This document shows, piece by piece, positions 62,676 through 64,000 of a stretch of 64,000 bases of DNA. The notes beneath the pieces were generated by a model. It was not told the origin of the DNA. It did no database searches and saw nothing but the letters and a program-made list of their open reading frames with translations. The number at the start of each line of letters is the position of its first letter. The first letter of the stretch is position 1. The stretch comes from Trypanosoma brucei (taxonomy: Eukaryota). A program made the position numbers and the translations under genes. The stretch spans positions 512,001 to 576,000 of the forward strand of contig CP000067.1 in assembly GCA_000002445.1 (NCBI GenBank), given 5' to 3'.

Positions 62676-64000
62676 ATGGAGACGACATGCAAGGAGGATG
62701 TTCCTCAAGTACGTTTCCCATCACCTACTTCTTCCAAGTCGATGACGACCTCGCCGCAAAAACTGTCGATCTTGGGCGACATCACCGCCGAGCCCTTGTC
62801 TGCACGCCGTTCATTTAACGATGTGTCAAAGGTGAGGGAACCTGATGGACGCTGGTGCCGGAAGTTTCTTTCAACGTACTTCCGGTGTGAACTCTGTCAG
62901 AATGTAGTGACGGACCCTGTGCAGATTTTACCGAATGTGCTGTTGGTGTGCAGGCGATGCGCCCTCTCGAGGCGTGTGCCATCAAAGGACCTGCAAGAAC
63001 TTCCAGTTAGCTTGACGAGGGCTTTTGAGGATTTGTACGAGGGACAGAGGGAAGTCCAGCTGCCGTCAGCCAGCCGAATGAGTGAGATAGGAAGGGCGAG
63101 CACAACCTCGGATGAAGCCATATGCAAGAGAAGAATGGTACGAGTGAAGCGCCCGGATGCGGTGCAGGAGGGTAGTGACCATAGTCAAACTTTCCCGCTA
63201 GCAGCTTCTATTAACGGTACACTGAATGCCTCAGGGCGGTCATCAGTGCCTCTTCTACTTAACAAGGCGCTGTGCGAACTGGAAAACAAAGAATACTGTA
63301 TGCGGGTAGAAATAGAGTCTGCTGAGGCTTCTGGTGCACTGGAGCTGAAGAAGAGCTACAACTCCGATATGCGAAAGATAACCGCACGCAGCTGCGGGAC
63401 CAGCAAAACATTGAAAACGGACGCAGATCAAAAGTATGAACAGGCTGAATATACCCTGGCGCTGGAGCTGTACACGAAGGCAATTGAGCTTCAGCCCCGT
63501 GATCGCCTCACTCGTCTTACCGCTTTGTATGGAAACAGGAGTTCTGCCTACTTCATGGCCATGCGGTATGCTGAGTGTATAGCGGATTGCATGAAGGTGG
63601 TTGAGCTGGACCCGAACAATGTGAAATTGTTCGCTCGTGCAGCAAAGGCTGCAGCCATCATGGGTGACCTCACCGCGGCTGTGTCCCACATGGAATCGAT
63701 TCCGGAGGAACGTGTTACACCCAATATCATTAGTGAAAGGGAAAAGTATAAAAATGGACTTGACACGTACAAACGCGCTGAGTCATCCTTTGGAAAATCT
63801 GATAGTGACGATGCTTGGCAGATGCTTGTTGCCCAATTCAGTGACACCATCTTTTTTCGCATCCGCTACGCTGAGTCGTTGCAAAACCAGAAACGATTTT
63901 TGAAGGCAGTTGAGGTGCTTGACGTCGTTCCGCAGGAACGCAGGACCCCCAAACTCCTGTACATTATGGCTGCTTGTCTTTTTATGTGCGGGTTTGAACA
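62676..64000 (+). CDS. TPR-repeat protein with N-terminal Cys-rich (RING/U-box-like) motif; 5' partial, continues beyond the window
   Basis: An ATG at 62676 opens a frame with no stop up to the window end. It is absent from the ORF track because no stop codon falls in the window. It shows FRCELCQNVVTDPVQILPNVLLVCRRC followed by TPR-like helices (KYEQAEYTLALELYTKAIELQP…ALYGNRSSAYFMAMRYAECIADCMKVVELDPNNVKLFARAAKAAAIMGDL). Confidence 0.6.
   Translation, partial: METTCKEDVPQVRFPSPTSSKSMTTSPQKLSILGDITAEPLSARRSFNDVSKVREPDGRWCRKFLSTYFRCELCQNVVTDPVQILPNVLLVCRRCALSRRVPSKDLQELPVSLTRAFEDLYEGQREVQLPSASRMSEIGRASTTSDEAICKRRMVRVKRPDAVQEGSDHSQTFPLAASINGTLNASGRSSVPLLLNKALCELENKEYCMRVEIESAEASGALELKKSYNSDMRKITARSCGTSKTLKTDADQKYEQAEYTLALELYTKAIELQPRDRLTRLTALYGNRSSAYFMAMRYAECIADCMKVVELDPNNVKLFARAAKAAAIMGDLTAAVSHMESIPEERVTPNIISEREKYKNGLDTYKRAESSFGKSDSDDAWQMLVAQFSDTIFFRIRYAESLQNQKRFLKAVEVLDVVPQERRTPKLLYIMAACLFMCGFE

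Noticed and set aside
1-64000. Interpretation as a prokaryotic accessory region (operons, defence islands, integrases, phage).
   Set aside because: There is no Shine-Dalgarno pattern or operonic packing. Genes are separated by 0.5–2.7 kb polypyrimidine-rich spacers. Gene content is eukaryotic (dynein-type MTBD, Sec7 ARF-GEF, PP2C, eL33, C2 domain, TPR/LRR) and the two-array divergent organisation is kinetoplastid-typical. No integrase, transposase or recombinase ORF was found.

Overview
This window reads as a trypanosomatid nuclear chromosome segment, not a prokaryotic locus. It has two long single-strand gene arrays: minus-strand genes from ~700 to 23,337 and plus-strand genes from 34,879 to the window end. 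They diverge from an ~11.5 kb ORF-poor strand-switch region. There are no introns, no Shine-Dalgarno-spaced operons, and polypyrimidine tracts sit upstream of the ORFs as expected for trans-splicing. Gene content points to Trypanosoma brucei chromosome 4 around the ALBA3/ALBA4–CC2D neighbourhood: an Alba-domain + RGG protein, a 612-aa coiled-coil protein, a giant repeat protein, and the flagellum-attachment-zone protein CC2D, in that order. This locus identification is from memory of the gene order, not from a search. The outstanding feature is a 13.4 kb minus-strand ORF (4455 aa). About 10.4 kb of it is a tandem array of a 72-bp (24-aa) coiled-coil repeat. Nested in that array are five near-identical ~1.29 kb higher-order units. 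The non-repetitive N-terminus contains an unmistakable dynein-heavy-chain stalk / microtubule-binding domain (MTBD) with no AAA+ motor attached. That is a motor-less dynein stalk fused to a giant repetitive coiled coil, lying next to the gene for a known FAZ cytoskeleton protein. The plus-strand array encodes PP2C, a WD40-like protein, an RNI-like LRR protein, a 1011-aa coiled-coil protein, two tandem paralogous small membrane proteins, ribosomal protein L35a, a GTPBP1-like GTPase, a large Sec7 ARF-GEF, a small zinc-ribbon protein and the start of a TPR protein. The strand-switch region shows strand-oriented GT-richness and long G-runs, as described for RNA Pol II start regions in African trypanosomes. 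No tRNA, rRNA, CRISPR array or transposable element could be supported from the sequence.
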